From: Octopus sinensis
Lineage: Eukaryota
Direction: 5' to 3'
Assembly: GCF_006345805.1 (NCBI RefSeq)
Contig: NW_021836976.1
Location: forward strand, 1 to 21,813
DNA length: 21,813 bases
Shown here: in pieces, positions 1 through 13,140 of the stretch
Position numbering within the stretch: position 1 is the stretch's first letter
How the letters are laid out: the number at the start of each line of letters is the position of its first letter
Program-made: the position numbers and the translations under genes
Notes under the pieces: generated by a model
What the model was told of the DNA's origin: nothing
Database searches by the model: none
What the model saw: only the letters and a program-made list of their open reading frames with translations

Positions 1-25
1 TGAGAGACAGAAGGAAAGACAGGCA

Positions 26-420
<395 letters not shown>

Positions 421-1162
421 GATAGATAAGAGATCATGTGTGTGTGTATGTATTTGTGTAAATTTGTATAAATGAAACGTAAAGAAGCAGAGATACAAAA
501 GTTCTTACAGCGACAACTGTTATGAATCCAATTACACTTGTGACCTATATATTGGAACCATGCTGCAAGAGGTTTCGCCTTTAAAATATTCTTTAAAAAT
601 ATCTAATTTTTAATATTGTACTTCATTTGCTCAATTTGGTGTTTAACCCGAAAGATAGCAGGCTCTCACACTCGTTTTTAGATGCATATACAGACTCATA
701 GAGACGCCGGAGCACTCTCTCAACAAACACACATATACACATACACATACGTACAAGTAGGCACACACATATATAGAGTCGCAGATGCATACACATTCAG
801 ACACGTGGAGACAGATATACAAACATGTTCAAACGATATGATTTAAATGTTTGCTTGAAATTCAGAAAGTGGAATCTTAGGTGTATAAGTGTTATGTGTG
901 TGAATGTGTGTATGTGTGTGTGTGTGTATGTGTGTAACAGAAAGAGAGAGAAATGGGTGAAAAAGAAAGAAAGAAGGAAAGACAGAAAGAGAGGGAGGAA
1001 GGGGGGAGAGACGGATACATAAAGCGACAAAAAACATTAAACGCTGACAAGCAAAGAGGGATTCTTAGAGTGTGGTCCTACTTACATATATAACTACCAT
1101 TCCGTTTACTCACAAAGGTACACACACATATACACACAGACACTCACACGCATATACGCATT

Positions 1163-1196
<34 letters not shown>

Positions 1197-1470
1197 GCAG
1201 AGAGAGAGACAGGAGAGAAGGAGAGAGGCAGACGGAGAAGGACAAACCTCATGAGGTGCATGTGGACAAGTTGACATAGAGCTAATGTAGCGACAGGAAG
1301 AGAAAATAATTTACACCCCACGGAGAGCCTTAAGGTTTGAATTCTAAAATCTTTAAGAATGCATAATTTTTAATTAAGTTAATGTTGCTTGTGATTATGA
1401 GAGCGAGGTTGATGTCGGAGTGCTTGAAGATCTTCATGATAGCAATGGCGACAATTTTAAGGCATTGGCA

Positions 1471-2039
1471 GCATACATACATACATACACACACACACAT
1501 ACATACATACATACATACATACATACATGCATCCATGCATACACAACACAACATACATACATACATACATACATGCATGCATACATACATACATACATAC
1601 ATACATACATGCATACATACATACATAAATACATGCATGCATGCATATGTACATACATATACATGCATACATACATACATACGTACAGACATACATACAT
1701 ACATGCATGCATGCATATATACATCATATACATATATACATACATACATACATTAAATACATACATACATACATTACATTACATAACATACCATACATAC
1801 ATAATCTACATACATGCATACATGCATGACTACATACATACATACATACATAAATACAGATGCATGCATACATACATACATTACATTACATAACATACAT
1901 ACATACATACATGCATGCATGCATATATTAATACATACATACATACACATACATAATATACACACATACATAACTACATACTTTACATACGCACATATAT
2001 ACATCATACATATACATATATATATATATATATATATAT
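1471..2039. repeat. Compound (TACA)n/(TGCA)n/(TA)n microsatellite
   Basis: Tandem repeats read directly; they account for the overlapping HTYI/MYVC ORFs. Confidence 0.95.
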
Positions 2040-2209
2040 GATTGGAAAATGGTTCCGCGGAGGCAAAATTGTAATAGATTATTTTATTTCTATACTCGTT
2101 AGTTTCAAGATAGTAAATGGTAAGTCTTATTAAGATTTAATAATGAGTATTACCTGTAGGACCTATTGAAATTTTTGAAAAAGTAATGCTAAAATCCGTT
2201 GAGTATACA

Positions 2210-2295
2210 CGTATGTGTTTGTGTGTGTGTCTGAGTGTCTGTGTGTTTGTGTGTGTGTGTGTGTTTGGGTCTGATAGGCAGGCAGACAAACAAAC

Positions 2296-2342
<47 letters not shown>

Positions 2343-2370
2343 GACAGAGATAGATAGATAGGTAGGTAGG

Positions 2371-2400
<30 letters not shown>
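2210..2400. repeat. (GT)n then (GACA/GATA/GGTA)n microsatellite
   Basis: Tandem repeats read directly. Confidence 0.9.
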
Positions 2401-2401
<1 letters not shown>

Positions 2402-3250
2402 CATGGGAGCGAGAATGTGCCCCAACTATGCGAACCTTTTTGTTGGCTGCCTGGAAACCCCAATATTTTCCCAATTTACTGGTCCCACTCCCTAACTATA
2501 CGGTCCTTATATCGATGACTGTATCGGCGTGACCTCGCTCTCCCGCGTACAACTGGACTCCTTCCTCTCCTTTGTCCAGTCCGTCAATCGTACCCTTGAA
2601 ATCTCTTGTATTATATCCAACTCATGCCTCGAATTTTTCGATATTTCTGTCAGCATACACCACTACGCTCTCACTACTCCATCATCTACAAACACACGGA
2701 CTCACACTCTTACCATAACTTCTCTTCCTCTCAGGGTACCCACAACCAGCTCTCCATCTCCTACTCCAAATTCCTCAGTCTACGCAGGCTCTGCAGTGAC
2801 GAACATGAATTAGATACTCAGTCTCAACTTATCGCTCATCACTTCTTCCTACGTGGATATCTCCTCACGCCTATCCACATTGCCCCTGCCCAGGCGTGAT
2901 TTGTAGACCGTGCCGCTGCTCTTTCTCCTCGTACTATCCCCACCCTCACGTCTCTCCTATTTCCCCTCACTGACCACTCCTTAACCTTACTCCTGCAATG
3001 CACCATTGTCCGAACCATCCAGTCAGACCTCTCCATCTTGCAAATCTTCTTTAACCTACTCCTTCCCTCCAAATGAGTCTATAACCTGCGTGACTACCTG
3101 GTTCACAGTTTCTTCCCTGCCCTTTCTTCTTTCCAGCCAGGCTCCTTCACATGCATGCTGTCACAATTCCCCCAACCTCTCCATCATGCCCATCCTCACA
3201 GTCAACCATCATCAGGTATCACCATAGCAACTGTCTCTGTCATGGTCAAT
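2401..3250 (+). mobile_element. Degenerate, 5'-truncated Penelope-like element: RT C-terminal half, thumb and Cys-rich linker toward GIY-YIG
   Basis: Translation from 2403: MGARMCPNYANLFVGCLE..*LYGPYIDDCIG (YIDD at 2508-2519)..LEFFDISVSI; after a frameshift YKHTDSHSY..SYSKFLSLRRLCSD..FFLRGY; then NLRDYLVHS and PGSFTC (3137-3154). These match PLE RT motifs (AMG..P.YANLF, YIDD, FLD, YxKxTD, QFLRLRRLCS). Stops and frameshifts are present; the right boundary is approximate. Confidence 0.85.
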
Positions 3251-3704
3251 GCGACGATCACACGCTACACACCTTCCGTCCAAGCAACGTTGGAAACAGC
3301 AGAAATGAGTTAGAACGCCAAAATTTGTGCGCATGCACAAAAGAGTGCGAAGCCGCTTTATTCTGCATACTTTAGCTTCGTTACTATGGCAACAATCCGT
3401 ATACATATTGATCTGGCCACGTGGCCCTAGCTATTTCCTGTGTTTTGAGGTGTGAATAGGTATATTACCTAATACACCTCTTCATCATTCCCTCTTTATA
3501 TGTGTTCACAGGTCTATTATCTTCTACTCTTTCGATGTTATAGCTGTACTTTACTCTGCAATGTTTCGCTATTTCATCTTTACAGGTGTATAAAGGTCTT
3601 TTTATTGCACTATTCGACTTCCAGGTGGCGCATTGTATCCTTCAGCAAAATAATTTATTTCTCCTTGTTTCAGACTCATCAGCTAGCTAAAACTAGTAGT
3701 TAAG

Positions 3705-3885
3705 CCGTGTATTTCAAAGGGCCAGCCTGGTCATACTCTGTGACTCGCTAAATCCCTCTGAAAACTACTTTAACGATCTCTATGTTTGAGGCGTGCTCAG
3801 CCACTTGTACGTTAATTTCACGAGCTGAAAATCCTTTGATCGGATTAACTGCAACCGTTGATGTCGTAACCGACGGAATTCCTCC
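3705..3885 (+). mobile_element. Probable SINE 3'-body fragment (no tRNA head)
   Basis: GC-richer block gtatttcaaagggccagcc..gtgctcagccacttgtacgttaatttcacgag..gtcgtaaccgacggaattcc resembles a common octopus SINE body as I recall it; there is no second copy in the window to confirm. Confidence 0.5.
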
Positions 3886-4112
3886 TTTAATTCCGTATTT
3901 ATAGGTGCATGTACATCTATATTCTAGTGATATTTTGTCTCTATATATGTATACAGGTTTACTATTTTTTACTATTTCGTTCCATTGCTGTACATAGATC
4001 TATTTCATTGTACAATTTTGTCTTTCTACTTGAATACATGTCTGTTATCTTCCGCTATTTCCTCTTTATATTTGCATATTATTCTTTTGCCTTGTTCTTT
4101 TTTTTTATATTA

Positions 4113-4510
4113 GGCGCAAGAATGGCTGTGTGGTAAGAAGCTTGCTTCCCAACTACATGTTTCCGGGTTCAGTCCCACTGCGTAGCACCTCGGGCAAGTG
4201 TCTTCTACTGCAGCCTCGGGCCGACCAAAGCCTGGTCAGTGGATTTGGTAGAGGGAAGCTGAAAGAATCCCGTCGTACATGTATGTATATATGTGTATGT
4301 ATCTATTTATTATTTCTGTCTGTGTTTGTCTCCCTCCCAACCATCGTTACGCAACCGATGTTGGTGTGTTTATGTCCCTCTCACTTAGCAGTTCGGCAAA
4401 AGAGATCGATAGAATAGGCTTACAAAGAATAAATCCCGGGGTCAATTGTTCGACTAAAGTTGATGTTCCATCAAGGCCGCTGTCAAATGACTGAAGCAAG
4501 TAAAAGAATA
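4113..4510 (+). mobile_element. Near full-length tRNA-derived SINE (octopus-type) with internal (TA/TG) tract
   Basis: A-box-like tggctgtgtggt, B-box-like ggttcagtcc, central cacctcgggcaagtg, A-rich tail aagtaaaagaataaa. Confidence 0.85.
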
Positions 4511-4527
4511 AACGAATGAAAGAAAAA

Positions 4528-4528
<1 letters not shown>

Positions 4529-4604
<76 letters not shown>

Positions 4605-4643
4605 CAGGGCGATAGAAATAGATAGATAGATAGATAGATAGAT

Positions 4644-4712
<69 letters not shown>

Positions 4713-4750
4713 GACGGTAGGTAGGTAGGTAGGTAGGTAGGTAGATAGAT
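4529..4750. repeat. (TA)n-(GA)n-(GATA)n-(GGTA)n compound microsatellite
   Basis: Tandem repeats read directly. Confidence 0.95.
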
Positions 4751-5894
4751 TTGTTGGCAAAATGATAGATTTTTGTATCGGGAGACAATAGAATTGAGCC
4801 TCTGGAGAGGAAAGTCGAAGTTTCCTCTCCAGATTTGCGCAGGCCTAGGCCAGATGTAAGAAAATCCTGGATAACCCATTCGTCAGGTTTACTCTCACGA
4901 CCTTGCTGACGGTTGCTTTTACCAGCTTCGTAATAGGATCTGCCGGAAGAGTGTCGAGTCGACCACTAAACCGCCTACGGGGCTCCTCTCCGGATTTCTT
5001 TGAAAATTGTCTCTTTACGTAACCCTGGATAGAGGCCCATACCGAGTACTCTCAGCTGGAGCCAGCGGAGCCCGGGACTCGTCACTGGCAGGGTCGTTAC
5101 TCCCTTATGTAGTGAAGAAAATCGCTACCGTGAAATATTTTGTCTTAATGTATGTATATAAGTAAATTACCTTCAACTATTTCTTGATTCTAAGTGTATA
5201 CAGTTATATAGGTATAAGCTCTTCGGCGCCAGTTTACTATTATTTAGGTTGGCAGAGAATCATGTGAAAGAGATTCCTGTGTTATTTCTTGTAAATTTTT
5301 CGACCACCTACAGACTCCGATTTTTGGCTTGTTATGATGGAGAGTATTGCTTAGTATGTTACCCAGAAAGCTTTATAATCTGGTGTGCTGGAAACCAATC
5401 GCATGACGTGACTTATAGTAATTACGTTATGACGCTAGTAGGTGGTGGAGAGAAGGCTGCAACGGACTGTGCGAGTAGAATTTAGAGCTAATCATCTGAA
5501 ATTATTATTAATTATTGAATCCGATGCTGATGAAGATAATGTAAAATGATTAGGATGATGACAGCGTAATAACGGTAATGTCACACGCACAGATTTGCAG
5601 ACACATGAAGAAATATATTAGAATTAGCAGACACGTACATAAACACAGTTGTAAATCATTGATAGCACGCGAATAACATACATAAACTGATGTATGTGCC
5701 CGTGTGTTTATCTGCATTTATGCATGTATAAAGCATGCACATATATATAAATATATATATATTTATATACATATATATTTTTAAATAATTACACGTTATA
5801 TATATGTTTACACACCTTCAGTAAATCATATATTCAAAAAGGAAAAGTTAGGGAGAAGTAGAGTATATAAAGATAGATATGGCCGGTCTCTATC

Positions 5895-5928
<34 letters not shown>

Positions 5929-6296
5929 TTCTATCTATCTATATATATATATATATAATATATATATATATATATTAACGTATATATGAGCGTATATAGA
6001 TATTTAAGCATGCATGAACCTATATCCATATATATATACTTATACATATATATATATTATACATATACATATATGTTAAACACACACACCACACACACAA
6101 ATATATGTATATTCAACATTCAGCAGAAGGATTAATCAATGTTTTTAGTAGAGTACATTGATTTTTAAAAGTAAAATATTGAATTGCGAAATTTCGGTTT
6201 CTTAGACATCATATGATTTTTATAATAAATATGACACGTCACTTTTATGTATGTTAATCCGTCCTTATGTGAGTGTGTATACGTGTGTGTATATGT

Positions 6297-6331
<35 letters not shown>

Positions 6332-6428
6332 AAATAAGAAAATGGAGAAACACATCTAAATATATATATATATATGAATGTATATATCCATATAGGTATA
6401 TTCTTACACATGCAAACACACACTCATC

Positions 6429-6467
<39 letters not shown>

Positions 6468-6539
6468 TTATTGCATTAAGGACACTGGAAAGGGACGCTA
6501 AAGTCAAACTACTTCATTAAGTAGTTTGACTTTACCGTC

Positions 6540-6715
6540 CATAACAGAGCAAAGACGAAGACAAGTTGTGAAACAACAAGCAAGTGTATTAGTTAGATGC
6601 TCGAGGAAAATGGAAAAGTCCTTTACATTTCGAGCCTACGCTCTTCAACAGGAAGGAATAAGAGGAAATAAGTAAAGAATGAACAAAATCACGTTGAGTT
6701 CAGTGGTCCTACATG
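6540..6715 (-). mobile_element. Putative Penelope-associated non-coding repeat fragment carrying a hammerhead-like motif
   Basis: Minus strand reads ..ttcctgttgaagagcgtaggctcgaaatgtaaaggactttt..taatacacttgcttgttg..tgtcttcgtcttt; it resembles a recurrent octopus repeat as I recall it. Boundaries are approximate. Confidence 0.5.
6620..6660 (-). ncRNA. Degenerate minimal type I hammerhead-ribozyme-like motif
   Basis: CUGUUGA-A-GAGC(GUAG)GCUC-GAAAUGUA at 6628-6651 (minus strand): 4-bp stem II and GAAA are intact; the core deviates from CUGAUGA at position 6; uccuu/aagga could form stem I. Confidence 0.45.
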
Positions 6716-6757
6716 ATATATCTATATACGTTTACATATATGTGTATATGTTATATG

Positions 6758-6802
<45 letters not shown>

Positions 6803-7290
6803 ATATATATATTATATATTTGTTTTGCAAAAAACATACAATGTTATATTCACTTTGGAAGGCAGCCAAAAACGTTTCAATACAAGATTTCTCAGTGTCC
6901 AGGCAGGAAATACACGCTACTAACTTACACAGCCTCTGGTTCTCTTACACAGAGGTTAATACCTAAGGAGAAATCAGGTGTCAATGCCAATCTTTAATTT
7001 ATGCAATCTAGAGCACATCTATATAAACATGCTTAATTTCCAGAACATTGCTTCTGCTTGTAACGTGGGACAAATTAATTGATTCATTATATCGTTGTGA
7101 ATTAAGTACGATTTCTTTGCTCTTTCTGGGAAAATTATCCAAAATGAGGGAAAAGCTTATCGGCCACTACTATAAAGTTTGCTTTCATTGCGGCCAGTAA
7201 TTGCTCATACGTAAAAATTGCAGCCAAATGATTTAGAGCTGGTTTGGAGTTTACTATAAATGCATTTATGCAGAGCTTGCTCCTTTTAAC

Positions 7291-7304
7291 AGACAGACAG
7301 ACAT

Positions 7305-7382
<78 letters not shown>

Positions 7383-7564
7383 GGATGGATGGATTGATGG
7401 ATAGATAGATGGATGGATGGTTTGATGGATGGATAGATGGATGGATGGTTTGATGGATGGATAGATGGAGGATGGATGGTTGGGTAGATAGATAGATTTA
7501 TATATACATATATATATATAATATATATATATATATAGATAGATAGATAGAGAGATAGATAGAT
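7291..7564. repeat. (GACA)(GATA)n(GGAT)n(TA)n(GATA)n compound microsatellite on the 3'-tail side of the LINE
   Basis: Tandem repeats read directly; the block is partly duplicated at 11119-11360. Confidence 0.95.
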
Positions 7565-7634
7565 ATGTTTTTTATTAGCCACACAGGGCTGCACACAGAT
7601 AGAACAAATTACAAGGTAGAGCTTCTTTTGAAGG

Positions 7635-7675
<41 letters not shown>

Positions 7676-10600
7676 AAGGGTGGAGGTTCGATCAAAAGGG
7701 ATCGTAAAAAGGAGAGAAAGAGGACACAAAATAAGGGGGTTAAAAAAAAAAAAAAAAAAAAGGGGGGGGGGAGAGGAAAAAAAAATGATCAATAGGGTCG
7801 TTATCACAGATATGTCAATATGAAGTGTAAAGGGGAGGACAGGTGAGGTTTACCCGTGGAAAGAAAAGCCTGCGGAAAAGAACCACGGTAACCTCGGTCA
7901 ATGAAGTCACATTTTATATTTCTTTTTTTTTTTTTTTTTTTTTGCAAATAAGCAACTCTCTGTTTTCGATTTCTGGGTTCATAGGACTATGCTCAAGGTG
8001 GCTTCGTCATTCATACGTGCCATTGCTACATTCACCCATCTTTTTTTAAAACATTCGCTAGACAAAAACTTGCCTCTCTACTCTCACTTTCCTTTTCAAG
8101 TGGTACTTGAAGAAGTTGATGAGAGATTGACCAGAGAGGAAAGTGTTTGTCTCCAATCCTTTTCAGACGCGTCCACCAGATACATTCTTTCGCCATAGCC
8201 ACAAGGATGATGAAAATAGCTCTTCCTTCCCGTTTGAGAAGAGGAGGCGTGACAATATGACGAAGGACTCAGCTGATAAACCGACTCGTCCCACACGTGA
8301 CAGCAGTTGTTCGACATAAGCCACAGGTCGGAAATTGTGGACACTGAACGAGTGCGTGCAGAACGGTTTCGTCGCTTCTGACCGCATCTCGGGCAGGTCG
8401 GCCCCGTGTTTCTCGAGCCGTGTCTGTAGAGCTTATCCGAACGGGTAGCGCTTCTCGGTAGCACTGCCAGGCCAGGGATCTCTGGAAGTTGTCCATGGGC
8501 CCTGCCCGAAAAGTCGTCCCGAACAGGCGGGTCAGGTACTCCTCGTCGACGTCCAGGTTCGCCCCGAGCTCGTCGTCGTACCTCCCCTCACTAAACCCCT
8601 ATAGAATGCTTTGGTTGTGTTGAAGTCACTTAAAGGTCGACCCAGGACGGCAGAGTTGCTGAGAGAACGCGACACTCGCGGTGCCATTCGCCCTTCCTCG
8701 GCCTCTTTTTGATCCACGACTGCAGTTCGGTCATGGAGACGAGCTGCGGGAAAGCGTGCCTTACAAACGGCGACCACACCTGTTCACCGTCGTCTACATA
8801 GAGCCAGAGATGTCGCAGTCTCAGCGCGTGTCTGCGCATCATCAACCACGGCATGCCAGCCCTCCTTTAAAGGGTGTTGACAGCAAATGGATCGCCTGAC
8901 CATCGGGACGCATCCTTTCCACAAGAAGCGAAAGAGGATGCGTTGTAGTTTGGTGATGGTAGGGTCGGGACAAGGTACGACGGTCAGGCGGTAGTAGAGT
9001 GACGGACGCGATGTACGTGTTCGCCACCTCCGCTCGACCTTTTAGGGACAGTTTCCTCTCGGCCCATTGCCGGGCGAGAGTGACCACCCTACTCGTTATT
9101 CGTTCCAGTTTTCTCCACTTGGAGGTCCGGACCAAACCAGACCCCGAGCAACTCCAACGGGCCGTCGGTCCAGCGTCCCACGATGGAGGCGCTGGTGGAC
9201 GGCATGGGCTTGCTTCTCCAGGTGCCTAGTCGCAAGCCCACTGACTTTTCCCGGTTGATTTTCGCTCCTGTCACCGCTTCGTAGTTTTTCAGTGTCTCGC
9301 CGACCAGCTCGATGTGCTCGTGGCTAGACACTATGACGGTGACGTCGTCCGCGTATGCAGACACGCTCGTCCCGCATCCCAATTCTCGCGGGATGCCCCT
9401 TAGAGTCGCCAGCTTCCGCAGTAGTGGCTCAAGAGTCAATACGTATAGAAGCGCCGAGAGGGGGCATCCTGACGGACCGAACGTGCAATGTCGAAAGGTC
9501 TCGATAGATGTCCATTTACGCGAATTACCGAACGGATGCCTCTGTACAAGGCAGCTATCCAGCCGCGGAAGACGGGACCGAAACCAGCCGCTCTCAGGAC
9601 TGCCTCCAAGTATCGATGGTCTACCCTATCAAAGGCTTTTGATTGATCCAAGTTGATCAGGGCCCCACCCATGCCAGGTTCGTTAACTACCCTGTCTATG
9701 ATGTAGCGCATCAGATGGAGGTTGTCATGGATGGTCCGGCCTGGCACGGCGCATGTTTGCGCCTTGTCGACCAGTTTCTCGATGACAAGCGCCAACCTCT
9801 TGGCTAGCACCTTGGCCAAAATTTCAAGTCTGCATTAAGCAGAGTGATGGCCTAAAGTTATCTATTACATTTCCCTTGTTTAGATCTTTCTTCAGCAGTG
9901 TTACGGCTCCTCGGCTCACAAAACCAGGAATGCTCCCGTTTTGCTGCCAGTTGCAGTACACCGCCGCCAAGAGATCTCCAAACAAGTCTGGCATACAATT
10001 GTAAAGCTCGTAGGGTAGACCATCCAAACCCGGTGATTTGTCCCTCGAGCATTCTGCCATCGCTTCCCGCACTTCCGCCGCCGTGATGGCACCTTCGCAG
10101 CACCCTGCCTTTCTTGTCGAGAGTCGTGGTAGGCTATGTAGGTAGGCACTGAAGTCCACCCTACGTTCTTGCCCTCCACTCGTTCCGAACAGTCGGGCAA
10201 AATGCTGCTGAAAGGCCTCACACATTTTAATTGGCTCGAGCAATTCGCGCCCTGTTCATCTACCAGTGACCGAATGGTGGCTTGGTTGCCCTGTTGCGCC
10301 TCGGCCACCCGGGCTCTCTCGCGGCTCCAACACCTTCGTTCCTTAGAGCACGCATCCTAGCTCTGACAGCACATCCTTCGTGTTTGGCGTTGAAGTGTTG
10401 GTCGAGGGCCAACCTCGCCCAAAACGTCGGATGCGATGCCGCTTCTAATTGCCTCTTCTAGCTTCTTAACTAGCTCACCCTCTACTCTATTTCATCTATG
10501 GCTAGTGCTTTGCTGTACCTAATCGCTTCTGCTTTTACTGCTCTCTTGAGGGCAAACCACCATTTGTTGTTGATGATGGCTCCCGTCAAAGCCCTCTTTA

Positions 10601-10977
10601 CTAGGGTGTGCTAATCCGGTCTCTGAAAACTTGTCTCGATGGGAAAGACGCGTTTAGTTTCCAGTATCCGGGACCTGCCTAAGTGTCTTACCTAAGTCTA
10701 GCGCGTACATGTCACAAGTTTGTGATCCGTGTAGCTGACTATGTGGAATTGTGGACATCCTATGCTATCTCTATCTATGTCCTACACAGTATCCTATCTA
10801 GATACGATCTCGACGACCCGATGCGGCTGCTCCATGTCCACGTTGGCGCATTCGGGTGGTCTAGTCGAAACCTGTCAGACAGTTGAAAGCGTCTGAGCAG
10901 GTCTCTGAGGCATTTGCATCCCCGTCTATTCCTATCTCTACCACGTAGTCTACATGCGTGTCCAAGGTAGCATTCCA
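7565..10977 (-). mobile_element. 5'-truncated non-LTR retrotransposon, L1/Tx1 clade (partial ORF2 plus ~410-bp 3'UTR)
   Basis: APE endonuclease C-terminal part (WNATLD..YLDRIL..TDH at 10722-10730); RT (KSPGLDG, FRPITLLN, LDQSKAFDRV, RQGCPLS, YADD at 9344-9355); CX2C..HX4C knuckle (CPRCGQSDETVLHALVQC); stop at 7979-7981; AATAAA just upstream of (TATC)n. Confidence 0.95.
7979..10977 (-). pseudogene. Frameshifted ORF2 (APE endonuclease, reverse transcriptase, zinc knuckle) of the Tx1/L1 LINE
   Basis: ORF-track fragments 10775-10978, 9916-10308, 9824-10243, 9436-9819, 9089-9439, 8842-9135, 8630-8854, 8269-8496, 8096-8464 and 8163-8387 join into one collinear ORF2 across single-base frameshifts. 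Confidence 0.9.
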
Positions 10978-11002
10978 TTGGACACGCAGTAGACTTACGT
11001 GG

Positions 11003-11510
<508 letters not shown>

Positions 11511-11739
11511 GAGAGAATATAGATATGGCTCCCGATTATTCACCACACTATATATATTTCAACGTACGTTTTAGCTCATCTAACTCCATCTCCCTCCCTC
11601 TCTCACACGCCGTGTATGTACTTATCGCTTTCAAACTTTGGCATATACGAAACTATCTTTCCATACATCAGCGCCCTTATAACTCTATTTCCCAACACCT
11701 CTCTCAACCCCTTTTCTCTCGAAATATACACAAACATGC

Positions 11740-13140
<1,401 letters not shown>

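Noticed and set aside
1382-1470. Acidic peptide-like stretch DYESEVDVGVLEDLHDSNGDNFKALAA
   Set aside because: No splice signals or family match; it runs straight into the microsatellite.
3667-3682. Minus-strand CUGAUGA-GUCU-GAAAC, a hammerhead-like core downstream of the PLE
   Set aside because: I could not build stem III with an NUH site or stem I; a bare core of this kind can arise by chance in 44 kb of two-strand sequence.
4113-4190. tRNA-like A/B boxes here and at 15366 and 18604
   Set aside because: They continue into SINE bodies and do not give a full cloverleaf, so they are not tRNA genes.
5249-5485. 78-aa plus-strand ORF in unique sequence
   Set aside because: GTG-type start, no recognisable motif and no convincing splice-site pair.
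7989-10360. Plus-strand ORFs overlapping the LINE (e.g. 9312-9656, 8999-9229)
   Set aside because: Antisense shadows of a GC-rich coding sequence.
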